Source: Macrostomum hystrix
Lineage: Eukaryota; Animalia; Platyhelminthes
NCBI GenBank assembly: GCA_950097015.1
Contig: CATNEN010000015.1
Location: 620,001 to 684,000, forward strand
DNA length: 64,000 nt
Direction: 5' to 3'
The translations under genes and the position numbers were made by a program. The notes beneath the pieces were generated by a model. The model ran no database searches. It saw nothing but the letters and a program-made list of their open reading frames with translations, and was not told the DNA's origin. This document shows positions 11,981 to 25,300 of this stretch, piece after piece. Position 1 is the stretch's first letter. Every line of letters begins with the position of its first letter.

Positions 11981-14900
11981 GTGACACCGCTGATTTAGAA
12001 GAGTGACACCACTGATTTAGGACAGTGACATTGCTGATTTAGGAGAGTGACACCACTGATTTAGGAGAGTGACGCCACTGATTTAGGAGAGTGACACCAC
12101 TGATTTAGGAGAGTGACGCCACTGATTTAGGAGAGTGACACCACTGATTTAGGAGAGTGACACCACTGATTTAGGAGAGTGACGCCACTGATTTAGGAGA
12201 GTGACGCCACTGATTTAGGAGAGTGACACCACTGATTAAGGAGAGTGACACCACTGATTTAGGAGAGTGACGCCACTGATTTAGGAGAGTGACACCACTG
12301 ATTTAGGAGAGTGACACCACTGATTTAGGAGAGTGACGCCACTGATTTAGGAGAGAGACGCCACTGATTTAGGAGAGTGAGACCACTAATTTAGGAGAGT
12401 GACGCCACTGATTTAGGAGAGTGACACCACTGATTTAGGAGAGTGACGCCACTGATTTAGGAGAGAGACGCCACTGATTTAGGAGAGTGAGACCACTAAT
12501 TTAGGAGAGTGAGACCACCAATTTAGGAGAGTGACGCCACTGATTTAGGAGAGTGACACCACTGATTTAGGAGAGTGACACCACTGATTTAGGAGAGTGA
12601 CACCACTGATTTATGAGTGTGACAACACTGATTTAGGAGAGTGACGCCACTGATTTAGGAGAGTGACACCACTGATTTAGGAGAGTGACGCCACTGATTT
12701 AGGAGAGTGACGCCACTGATTTAGGAGAGTGACACCACTGATTTAGGAGAGTGACGCCACTGATTTAGGAGAGTGACGCCACTGATTTAGGTGAGTGACA
12801 CCACTGATTTAGGTGAGTGACACCACTGATTTAGGTGAGTGACACCACTGATTTAGGAGAGTGGCACCACTGATTTAGGAGAGTGACGCCACTGATTTAG
12901 GAGAGAGACGCCACTGATTTAGGAGAGTGAGACCACTAATTTAGGAGAGTGACGCCACTGATTTAGGAGAGTGACACCACTGATTTAGGAGAGTGACGCC
13001 ACTGATTTAGGTGAGTGACACCACTGATTTAGGAGAGTGACGCCACTGATTTAGGAGAGTGACACCACTGATTTAGGAGAGTGACACCACTGATTTATGA
13101 GTGTGACACCACTGATTTAGGAGAGTGACACCACTGATTTAGGAGAGTGACGCCACTGATTTAGGAGAGTGACACCACTGATTTAGGAGAGTGACACCAC
13201 TGATTTAGGAGAGTGACGCCACTGATTTAGGTGAGTGACACAACTGATTTAGGAGAGTGACACCACTGATTTAGGAGAGTGACGCCACTGATTTAGGAGA
13301 GTGACACCACTGATTTAGGAGAGTGACGCCACTGATTTAGGAGAGTGACACCACTGATTTAGGAGAGTGACACCACTGATTTAGGAGAGTGACGCCACTG
13401 ATTTAGGAGAGTGACGCCACTGATTTAGGAGAGTGACACCACTGATTAAGGAGAGTGACACCACTGATTTAGGAGAGTGACACCACTGATTTAGGAGAGT
13501 GACACCACTGATTTAGGAGAGTGACACCACTGATTTAGGAGAGTGACGCCACTGATTTAGGTGAGTGACACAACTGATTTAGGAGAGTGACACCACTGAT
13601 TTAGGAGAGTGACGCCACTGATTTAGGAGAGTGACACCACTGATTTAGGAGAGTGACGCCACTGATTTAGGAGAGTGACACCACTGATTTAGGAGAGTGA
13701 CACCACTGATTTAGGAGAGTGACGCCACTGATTTAGGAGAGTGACGCCACTGATTTAGGAGAGTGACACCACTGATTAAGGAGAGTGACACCACTGATTT
13801 AGGAGAGTGACGCCACTGATTTAGGAGAGTGACACCACTGATTTAGGAGAGTGACACCACTGATTTAGGAGAGTGACGCCACTGATTTAGGAGAGAGACG
13901 CCACTGATTTAGGAGAGTGAGACCACTAATTTAGGAGAGTGACGCCACTGATTTAGGAGAGTGACACCACTGATTTAGGAGAGTGACGCCACTGATTTAG
14001 GAGAGAGACGCCACTGATTTAGGAGAGTGAGACCACTAATTTAGGAGAGTGAGACCACTAATTTAGGAGAGTGACGCCACTGATTTAGGAGAGTGACACC
14101 ACTGATTTAGGAGAGTGACACCATTGATTTAGGAGAGTGACACCACTGATTTATGAGTGTGACAACACTGATTTAGGAGAGTGACGCCACTGATTTAGGA
14201 GAGTGACGCCACTGATTTAGGAGAGTGACACCACTGATTTAGGTGAGTGACACCACTGATTTAGGTGAGTGACACCACTGATTTAGGAGAGTGACACCAC
14301 TGATTTAGGAGAGTGACACCACTGATTTAGGAGAGTGACGCCACTGATTTAGGAGAGAGACGCCACTGATTTAGGTGAGTGACACCACTGATTTAGGAGA
14401 GTGACACCACTGATTTAGGAGAGTGACGCCACTGATTTAGGAGAGTGACACCACTGATTTAGGAGAGTGACACCACTGATTTAGGAGAGTGACGCCACTG
14501 ATTTAGGTGAGTGACACCACTGATTTAGGAGAGTGACACCACTGATTTAGGAGAGTGACACCACTGATTTAGGAGAGTGACACCACTGATTTAGGAGAGT
14601 GACACCACTGATTTAGGAGAGTGACACCACTGATTTAGGAGAGTGACGCCACTGATTTAGGAGAGTGACACCACTGATTTAGGAGAGTGACGCCACTGAT
14701 TTAGGAGAGTGGCACCACTGATTTAGGAGAGTGACGCCACTGATTTAGGAGAGAGACGCCACTGATTTAGGAGAGTGAGACCACTAATTTAGGAGAGTGA
14801 CGCCACTGATTTAGGAGAGTGACACCACTGATTTAGGAGAGTGACGCCACTGATTTAGGTGAGTGACACCACTGATTTAGGAGAGTGACGCCACTGATTT

Positions 14901-17900
14901 AGGAGAGTGACACCACTGATTTAGGAGAGTGACACCACTGATTTATGAGTGTGACACCACTGATTTAGGAGAGTGACACCACTGATTTAGGAGAGTGACG
15001 CCACTGATTTAGGAGAGTGACACCACTGATTTAGGAGAGTGACACCACTGATTTAGGAGAGTGACGCCACTGATTTAGGTGAGTGACACAACTGATTTAG
15101 GAGAGTGACACCACTGATTTAGGAGAGTGACGCCACTGATTTAGGAGAGTGACACCACTGATTTAGGAGAGTGACGCCACTGATTTAGGAGAGTGACACC
15201 ACTGATTTAGGAGAGTGACACCACTGATTTAGGAGAGTGACGCCACTGATTTAGGAGAGTGACGCCACTGATTTAGGAGAGTGACACCACTGATTAAGGA
15301 GAGTGACACCACTGATTTAGGAGAGTGACACCACTGATTTAGGAGAGTGACACCACTGATTTAGGAGAGTGACACCACTGATTTAGGAGAGTGACGCCAC
15401 TGATTTAGGTGAGTGACACAACTGATTTAGGAGAGTGACACCACTGATTTAGGAGAGTGACGCCACTGATTTAGGAGAGTGACACCACTGATTTAGGAGA
15501 GTGACGCCACTGATTTAGGAGAGTGACACCACTGATTTAGGAGAGTGACACCACTGATTTAGGAGAGTGACGCCACTGATTTAGGAGAGTGACGCCACTG
15601 ATTTAGGAGAGTGACACCACTGATTAAGGAGAGTGACACCACTGATTTAGGAGAGTGACGCCACTGATTTAGGAGAGTGACACCACTGATTTAGGAGAGT
15701 GACACCACTGATTTAGGAGAGTGACGCCACTGATTTAGGAGAGAGACGCCACTGATTTAGGAGAGTGAGACCACTAATTTAGGAGAGTGACGCCACTGAT
15801 TTAGGAGAGTGACACCACTGATTTAGGAGAGTGACGCCACTGATTTAGGAGAGAGACGCCACTGATTTAGGAGAGTGAGACCACTAATTTAGGAGAGTGA
15901 GACCACTAATTTAGGAGAGTGACGCCACTGATTTAGGAGAGTGACACCACTGATTTAGGAGAGTGACACCATTGATTTAGGAGAGTGACACCACTGATTT
16001 ATGAGTGTGACAACACTGATTTAGGAGAGTGACGCCACTGATTTAGGAGAGTGACGCCACTGATTTAGGAGAGTGACACCACTGATTTAGGTGAGTGACA
16101 CCACTGATTTAGGTGAGTGACACCACTGATTTAGGAGAGTGACACCACTGATTTAGGAGAGTGACACCACTGATTTAGGAGAGTGACGCCACTGATTTAG
16201 GAGAGAGACGCCACTGATTTAGGTGAGTGACACCACTGATTTAGGAGAGTGACACCACTGATTTAGGAGAGTGACGCCACTGATTTAGGAGAGTGACACC
16301 ACTGATTTAGGAGAGTGACACCACTGATTTAGGAGAGTGACGCCACTGATTTAGGTGAGTGACACCACTGATTTAGGAGAGTGACACCACTGATTTAGGA
16401 GAGTGACACCACTGATTTAGGAGAGTGACACCACTGATTTAGGAGAGTGACACCACTGATTTAGGAGAGTGACGCCACTGATTTAGGAGAGTGACACCAC
16501 TGATTTAGGAGAGTGACACCACTGATTTAGGAGAGTGACGCCACTGATTTAGGAGAGTGACACCACTGATTTAGGAGAGTGACGCCACTGATTTAGGAGA
16601 GTGACGCCACTGATTTAGGAGAGTGAGACCACTAATTTAGGAGAGTGACGCCACTGATTTAGGAGAGTGACACCACTGATTTAGGAGAGTGACACCACTG
16701 ATTTAGGAGAGTGACGCCACTGATTTAGGAGAGAGACGCCACTGATTTAGGAGAGTGAGACCACTAATTTAGGAGAGTGAGACCACTAATTTAGGAGAGT
16801 GACGCCACTGATTTAGGAGAGTGACACCACTGATTTAGGAGAGTGACACCACTGATTTAGGAGAGTGACGCCACTGATTTAGGTGAGTGACACCACTGAT
16901 TTAGGAGAGTGACGCCACTGATTTAGGAGAGTGACGCCACTGATTTAGGAGAGTGACACCACTGATTTAGTAGAGTGACGCCACTGATTTAGGAGAGTGA
17001 CGCCACTGATTTAGGAGAGTGACACCACTGATTTAGGAGAGTGACGCCACTGATTTAGGTGAGTGACACCACTGATTTAGGAGAGTGACACCACTGATTT
17101 AGGAGAGTGACACCACTGATTTAGGAGAGTGACACCACTGATTTAGGAGAGTGACACCACTGATTTAGGAGAGTGACGCCACTGATTTAGGACAGTGACA
17201 CCACTGATTTAGGAGAGTGACACCACTGATTTAGGAGAGTGACACCACTGATTTTGGAGAGTGACACCACTGATTTAGGAGAGTGACACCACTGATTTAG
17301 GAGAGTGACACCACTGATTTAGGTGAGTGACACCACTGATTTTGGAGAGTGACACCACTGATTTAGGAGAGTGACACCACTGATTTAGGAGAGTGACACC
17401 ACTGATTTAGGTGAGTGACACAACTGATTTAGGTGAGTGACACGATTGATTTAGGAGAGTGACACGACTGATTTAGGAGAGTGACACCACTGATTTAGGA
17501 GAGTGACGCCACTGATTTAGGAGAGTGACACCACTGATTTAGGAGAGTGACACCACTGATTTAGGAGAGTGACACCACTGATTTAGGAGAGTGACGCCAC
17601 TGATTTAGGAGAGTGACGCCACTGATTTAGGAGAGTGACACCACTGATTTAGGAGAGTGACGCCACTGATTTAGGAGAGTGACACCACTGATTTAGGAGA
17701 GTGACACCACTGATTTATGAGTGTGACACCACTGATTTAGGAGAGTGACACCACTGATTTAGGAGAGTGACGCCACTGATTTAGGAGAGTGACGCCACTG
17801 ATTTAGGAGAGTGACACCACTGATTTAGGAGAGTGACGCCACTGATTTAGGTGAGTGACACAACTGATTTAGGAGAGTGACACCACTGATTTAGGAGAGT

Positions 17901-20150
17901 GACGCCACTGATTTAGGAGAGTGACACCACTGATTTAGGAGAGTGACGCCACTGATTTAGGAGAGTGACACCACTGATTTAGGAGAGTGACACCACTGAT
18001 TTAGGTGAGTGACACCACTGATTTAGGAGAGTGACACCACTGATTTAGGAGAGTGACACCACTGATTTAGGAGAGTGACGCCACTGATTTAGGTGAGTGA
18101 CACAACTGATTTAGGTGAGTGACACGTTTGATTTAGGAGAGTGACACGACTGATTTAGGAGAGTGACAACACTGATTTAGGAGAGTGACACCACTGATTT
18201 AGGAGAGTGACACCACTGATTTAGGAGAGTGACACCACTGATTTAGGAGAGTGACACCACTGATTTAGGAGAGTGACAACACTGATTTAGGAGAGTGACA
18301 CCACTGATTTAGGAGAGTGACGCCACTGATTTAGGAGAGTGACACCACTGATTTAGGAGAGTGACGCCACTGATTTAGGAGAGTGACACCACTAATTTAG
18401 GAGAGTGACACCACTGATTTAGGAGAGTGACGCCACTGATTTAGGAGAGTGACGCCACTGATTTAGGAGAGTGACACCACTGATTTAGGAGAGTGACACC
18501 ACTGATTTAGGAGAGTGACGCCACTGATTTAGGAGAGTGACACCACTGATTTAGGAGAGTGACGCCACTGATTTAGGAGAGTGACGCCACTGATTTAGGA
18601 GAGTGACACCACTGATTTAGGAGAGTGACACCACTGATTTAGGAGAGTGACGCCACTGATTTAGGAGAGTGACACCACTGATTTAGGAGAGTGACGCCAC
18701 TGATTTAGGAGAGTGACACCACTGATTTAGGAGAGTGACGCCACTGATTTAGGAGAGTGACACCACTGATTTAGGAGAGTGACACCACTGATTTAGGTGA
18801 GTGACACCACTGATTTAGGAGAGTGACACCACTGATTTAGGAGAGTGACACCACTGATTTAGGAGAGTGACGCCACTGATTTAGGTGAGTGACACAACTG
18901 ATTTAGGTGAGTGACACGATTGATTTAGGAGAGTGACACGACTGATTTAGGAGAGTGACAACACTGATTTAGGAGAGTGACACCACTGATTTAGGAGAGT
19001 GACACCACTGATTTAGGAGAGTGACACCACTGATTTAGGAGAGTGACACCACTGATTTAGGAGAGTGACAACACTGATTTAGGAGAGTGACACCACTGAT
19101 TTAGGAGAGTGACGCCACTGATTTAGGAGAGTGACACCACTGATTTAGGAGAGTGACGCCACTGATTTAGGAGAGTGACACCACTAATTTAGGAGAGTGA
19201 CACCACTGATTTAGGAGAGTGACGCCACTGATTTAGGAGAGTGACGCCACTGATTTAGGAGAGTGACACCACTGATTTAGGAGAGTGACACCACTGATTT
19301 AGGAGAGTGACGCCACTGATTTAGGAGAGTGACACCACTGATTTAGGAGAGTGACGCCACTGATTTAGGAGAGTGACGCCACTGATTTAGGAGAGTGACA
19401 CCACTGATTTAGGAGAGTGACACCACTGATTTAGGAGAGTGACGCCACTGATTTAGGAGAGTGACACCACTGATTTAGGAGAGTGACGCCACTGATTTAG
19501 GAGAGTGACACCACTGATTTAGGAGAGTGACGCCACTGATTTAGGAGAGTGACACCACTGAGTTAGGAGAGTGACGCCACTGATTTAGGAGAGTGACACC
19601 ACTGATTTAGGAGAGTGACACCACTGATTTAGGAGAGTGACGCCACTGATTTAGGAGAGTGACACCACTGTTTTAGGCGAGTGACACCACTGATTTAGGA
19701 GAGTGACACCACTGATTTAGGTGAGTGACACCACTGATTTAGGAGAGTGACACCACTGATTTAGGAGAGTGACGCCACTGATTTAGGAGAGTGACACCAC
19801 TGATTTAGGAGAGTGACAACACTGATTTAGGAGAGTGACAACACTGATTTAGGTGAGTGACAACACTGATTTAGGAGAGTGACGCCACTGATTTAGGAGA
19901 GTGACACCACTGATTTAGGAGAGTGACGCCACTGATTTAGGAGAGTGACACCACTGATTTAGGAGAGTGACGCCACTGATTTAGGAGAGTGACACCACTG
20001 ATTTAGGAGAGTGACGCCACTGATTTAGGAGAGTGACACCACTGTTTTAGGCGAGTGACACCACTGATTTAGGAGAGTGACACCACTGATTTAGGAGAGT
20101 GACACCACTGATTTAGGAGAGTGACAACACTGATTTATGAGTGTGACACC
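11981..20150. repeat. 8.2-kb satellite, 22-bp unit GATTTAGGAGAGTGACACCACT (about 370 copies) with block duplications
   Basis: Highly homogeneous tandem copies; variant units recur at offsets of 1540, 1848 and 792 bp. Confidence 0.98.
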
Positions 20151-20408
20151 ATTGGAATCATCCACAAATGACTGTTAGATCAGTCATACAGCAAGTACTG
20201 TTGCACATTTTTACGAGGTCCTATAAGCGGGTGCCCAGCTTCATATGATTGTAGCCTAGATTGCAGTCATCAGGCAAAAATTTTTATCACCGACGCATGC
20301 ATAATTCATAATGCAAATTTCGCTTTTAGAAGAACGTCTAGCAAATAATAATGCGAATAATTTTATTTATTCACAAGCCCAATAATCTGAGCTAATACAG
20401 ACTGTTAA

Positions 20409-20452
20409 AGCTGTTAAATGGGTAAATGAATGGTGGGTGTGGCGTCTCCCTG
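20409..20452 (+). mobile_element. Short degraded fragment of SINE family B
   Basis: GCTGTTAAATGGGTA...GGTGGGTGTGGCGTC matches 43335-43388. Confidence 0.5.
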
Positions 20453-21092
20453 CAGTGTCAATCTAATTTTTTGGCGAGACACAGTAAAAGTACACGAAGG
20501 AGTTTTTTATGTTGCTAAGTATTCCGCCTGAATGAACTGGCAATGAATCGATTTCATTGGATGAGGGTCGAGCTAGCAGACTTGAGAACACGGATTAGCT
20601 GAGTCTCATCAAATGCACTTTTCCGGTCGGATAGGTCAGATCAATCACGCCATTATCAGGCCAGTCGCATCCTACTCGTGCATATTCTGTGCCGAAGGGA
20701 TCAAGAATGACGATACGCGTAGCTTTAGATGCTCGGAATTTAATAACAACGACGTTCAACACCCAATTATCGAGAGGGATTATCTATGTTCGCAGATTAT
20801 AAGGGCCAAAATTAAAGGATTGGAATTAGCTGCAGTTTAAAAGTACAAACGCGCTAGCAGAACTATGCGCAGCAAATTTCAAGTGTTAGTTAAACTGCAA
20901 TGCTAGACAGTCAAATCAGCTGAGGTGCTAATTGAATAATAATAGGCTGGCTTGCCGGCCTAGTAGATGGCTTGCCGGAGGCGGCAGGACTCAAAACAGC
21001 ACGCTTTATTATGCAAATTAGTCTTCAGGAGGTAAGCATTGGTGTTCTCATGCATTTCAACTTAATAAAACACCAAACATATTTTGTTTGAA

Positions 21093-21915
21093 CCTGTTAG
21101 ACAGGTTCTTACTGTTAGACACAGTTCTTTCTGTTAGACACAGCTCTATCTGTTAGACACAGTTCTATCTGTTAGACACAGCTCTATCTGTTAGACACAG
21201 CTCTATCTGTTAGACACAGCTCTATCTGTTAGACACAGCTTTATCTGTTAGACACAGCTCTATCTGTTAGACACAGTTCTATCTGTTAGACACAGCTCTA
21301 TCTGTTAGACACAGCTCTATCTGTTAGACACAGCTCTATCTGTTAGACACAGCTTTATCTGTTAGACACAGCTCTATCTGTTAGACACAGTTCTATCTGT
21401 TAGACACAGCTCTATCTGTTAGACACAGCTCTATCTGTTAGACACAGCTCTATCTGTTAGACACAGCTCTATCTGTTAGACACAGTTCTATCTGTTAGAC
21501 ACAGCTCTATCTGTTAGACACAGTTCTATCTGTTAGACACAGTTCTATCTGTTAGACACAGTTCTATCTGTTAGACAGTTCTATCTGTTAGACACAGCTT
21601 TATCTGTTAGACACAGCTCTATCTGTTAGACACAGCTCTATCTGTTAGACACAGCTCTATCTGTTAGACACAGTTCTATCTGTTAGACAGTTCTTCCTGT
21701 CAGACACAGTTCTTCCTGTTAGACACAGTTCTTCCTGTTAGACACAGTTCTATCTGTTAGACAGTTCTATCTGTTAGACACAGCTTTATCTGTTAGACAC
21801 AGCTCTATCTGTTAGACACAGCTCTATCTGTTAGACACAGCTCTATCTGTTAGACACAGTTCTATCTGTTAGACAGTGTTCTTCCTGTTAGACACAGTTC
21901 TACTTCATCTGTTAG
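21093..21915. repeat. 19-bp minisatellite CTGTTAGACACAGCTCTAT
   Basis: Direct tandem copies, downstream of the EMC10 stop. Confidence 0.95.
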
Positions 21916-22380
21916 ACATTGTTCTACGGGACCTGTAAGGAAGGCTCGGCTTGTTAGCATAGTACGAGCTGCATAGATGGTAAAGTGTATTTAAGCAATT
22001 TAAATGAACGAATTGAGAAGTCCAATTGAGAAAAATGAAGCTACCATGATGGCATGACAGTTGACAACAAATTCGACAGGAAAAGGAGACAGCAGCAACA
22101 GTGTATTTAAAAGCGCATAACGCAAACTGCTGAACCAGAAACGCTCACTTTAAATTACGCACTTCTAAGAAGTCAGAATAAACCAGTTTCTTTCATCCTG
22201 CACAATACATTCATATGGCAGTAGCAACGCGACAAGCAATCTTGTAATTAGCGAATTAAACTCAAGCAAAGACAAAATCATCCAAGTTGAATGTGTGAAT
22301 GGTTATAAATCATTAGCGTGACAAGCCGCTGCATTGTGCTAAAATTAGCTAATTGTGCTAACACAAGCAGGGTTGGCGTC

Positions 22381-25300
22381 TTAGCTGCCGCCACCGCCCT
22401 GAGCATTGGGATCCTGGGCGTTGAGCATGACGAACACCAGCACAGCTGGCACAATGTACATCCAGTACTTCATCAGGAACGGCCTGTTGTCACCCTGCTC
22501 CGACTCCTGCTTGCGCTTCTTCTCCTCCTCAACCCGAGCGATGTAGATCTGCGTCTCTGGACTGCGGGGTTGAAGACATGGGAAATAGGGAAGCGGGGTT
22601 TGAAGACATGGGAAATAGGGAAGCGGGATTTGAAGACATGGGAAATAGGGAAGCAGGGTTTGAAGACATGGGAAATAGGGAAGCGGGGTTGAAGACATGG
22701 GAAATAGGGAAGCGGGGTTTGAAGACATGGGAAATAGGGAAGCGGGGTTTGAAGACATGGGAAATAGGGAAGCGGCGTTTGGAGAAATGGGAAAAAGGGA
22801 AGCGGCGTTTGAGGACATGGGAAATAGGGATGCGGGTTTGAAGACATGGGAAATAGGGAAGCGGGGTTTGAAGACATGGGAAATAGGGAAGCGGGGTTTG
22901 AAGACATGGGAAATAGGGAAGTGGTGTTTGAAGACATGGGAAATAGGGAAGCGGCGTTTGAGGACATGGGAAATAGGGAAGTGGTGTTTGAAGACATGGG
23001 AAATAGGGAAGCGGCGTTTGAGGACATGGGAAATAGGGAAGCGGGGTTTGAAGACATGGGAAATAGGGAAGCGGGGTTTGAAGACATGGGAAATAGGGAA
23101 GCAGGGTTTGAAGACATGGGAAATAGGGAAGCGGGGTTTGAAGACATGGGAAATAGGGAAGCAGGGTTTGAAGACATGGGAAATAGGGAAGCAGGGTTTG
23201 AAGACATGGGAAATAGGGAAGCAGGGTTTGAAGACATGGGAAATAGGGAAGCGGGGTTTGAAGACATGGGAAATAGGGAAGCGGGGTTTGAAGACATGGG
23301 AAATAGAGAAGCAGGGTTTGAAGACATGGGAAATAGGGAAGCGGGGTTTGAAGACATGGGAAATAGGGAAGCGGGGTTTGAAGACATGGGAAATAGAGAA
23401 GCAGGGTTTGAAGACATGGGAAATAGGGAAGCAGGGTTTGAAGACATGGGAAATAGGGAAGCAGGGTTTGAAGACATGGGAAATAGGGAAGCAGGGTTTG
23501 AAGACATGGGAAATAGGGAAGCAGGGTTTGAAGACATGGGAAATAGGGAAGCAGGGTTTGAAGACATGGGAAATAGGGAAGCGGGGTTTGGAAAAAATTG
23601 GGAAATAGAGAAGCGGCGTTTGAGGACATGGGAAATAAGGGAAGTGCTTTTGGGGAAATGGGAGATTTGTAAAGCTTGATTTGGGGAAATTTGGGATTTA
23701 GGAAGCAGTGTTTGGGGAAATGGGAGATTTGGGAAGCAGTGTTTGGGGAGAATGGGAGATTCGGGAACCGCTTTGTGAAAATTGTAGAGTTGGGGAATCG
23801 GGTTTAGGGAGATGGGAATTTAGGGAGCGTGGATGCGCGATTAGAGAGGCGAGGTTCGGTGAAATGGGAGATTGGGATTCTTAATATGACATTCAGATTG
23901 AGTTGCTAACAGAAATAAGGAGATTTAGCAACAGAACAGATAATAGGGGATATTTCAGGACTCAGAGATTAAAGGTGAGCAGTGAGCAGTTGCGAGTAAC
24001 TCACGCTGGTCCCTGCACAGGCCTGGACGCGGCCGCATGCGTGCTGAACACCCTGGGCAAGCTGCTTGGTGACAACTGCCCCGCCTGCACCGAGCAAGCC
24101 TCGAAGGTAGCCTTGGCTGGCTCGGCTACGGATAGGTGAAGGCCAACCAGACCGCCGTGAGTGTTGAAGGCCAGGGTGACATTGTCTCGAAGGCCGCCGC
24201 GAAGAAGGTCGCACTGCGGATTGTCAGGCAAAGCAAAAGTGTAACTATTGAACCTCCTGTACTGCCCGAGCTAGGAATATTATACCTGTTTGACATCATG
24301 AATTTATCGTGAGACAGGGTTATAACTACCTGTTAGACAGGGAAATAACTACCTGTTAGACAGGGATATAACTACCTGTTAGACATGGAAATAACTACCT
24401 GTTAGACAGGGATATAACTACCTGTTAGACAGGGATATAACTACCTGTTAGACAGGGATATAACAACCTGTTAGACATGGATATAACTACCTGTTAGACA
24501 GGGATATAACTACCTGTTAGACATGGAAATAACTACCTGTTAGACAGGGTTATAACTACCTGTTAGACAGGGATATAACTACCTGTTAGACAGGGATATA
24601 ACTACCTGTTAGACAGGGATATAACTACCTGTTAGACAGGGATATAACTACCTGTTAGACAGGGATATAACTACCTGTTAGACAGGGATATAACTACCTG
24701 TTAGACAGTGATATAACTACCTGTTAGACATGGAAATAACTACCTGTTAGACAGGGATATAACAACCTGTTAGACAGGGATATAACAACCTGTTAGACAG
24801 TGATATAACTACCTGTTAGACATGGAAATAACTACCTGTTAGACAGGGATATAACAACCTGTTAGACAGGGATATAACAACCTGTTAGACAGGGATATAA
24901 CTACCTGTTAGACAGGGATATAACTACCTGTTAGACAGTGATATAACTACCTGTTAGACATGGAAATAACTACCTGTTAGACAGGGATATAACTACCTGT
25001 TAGACAGGGATATAACTACCTGTTAGACAGGGATATAACTACCTGTTAGACAGTGATATAACTACCTGTTAGACATGGAAATAACTACCTGTTAGACAGG
25101 GATATAACAACCTGTTAGACAGGGATATAACAACCTGTTAGACAGTGATATAACTACCTGTTAGACATGGAAATAACTACTTGTTAGACAGGGATATAAC
25201 AACCTGTTAGACAGCGGGGGTTTGTCAGTCGAACTGGCTCTACCTAACCAGATGGAACAAGCCCTCAGAAAGATGAGTTTAGTTTTTGGCCCCTGCTAGA

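Noticed and set aside
11981-20150. CRISPR array or telomeric repeat
   Set aside because: No unique spacers and the context is eukaryotic. TTTAGG is only part of a 22-mer, not a (TTAGGG)n tract.
22473-23679. Long ORFs such as (MGNREAGFED)n
   Set aside because: They lie inside a GT-AG intron of EMC10 and derive from the 30-bp satellite.
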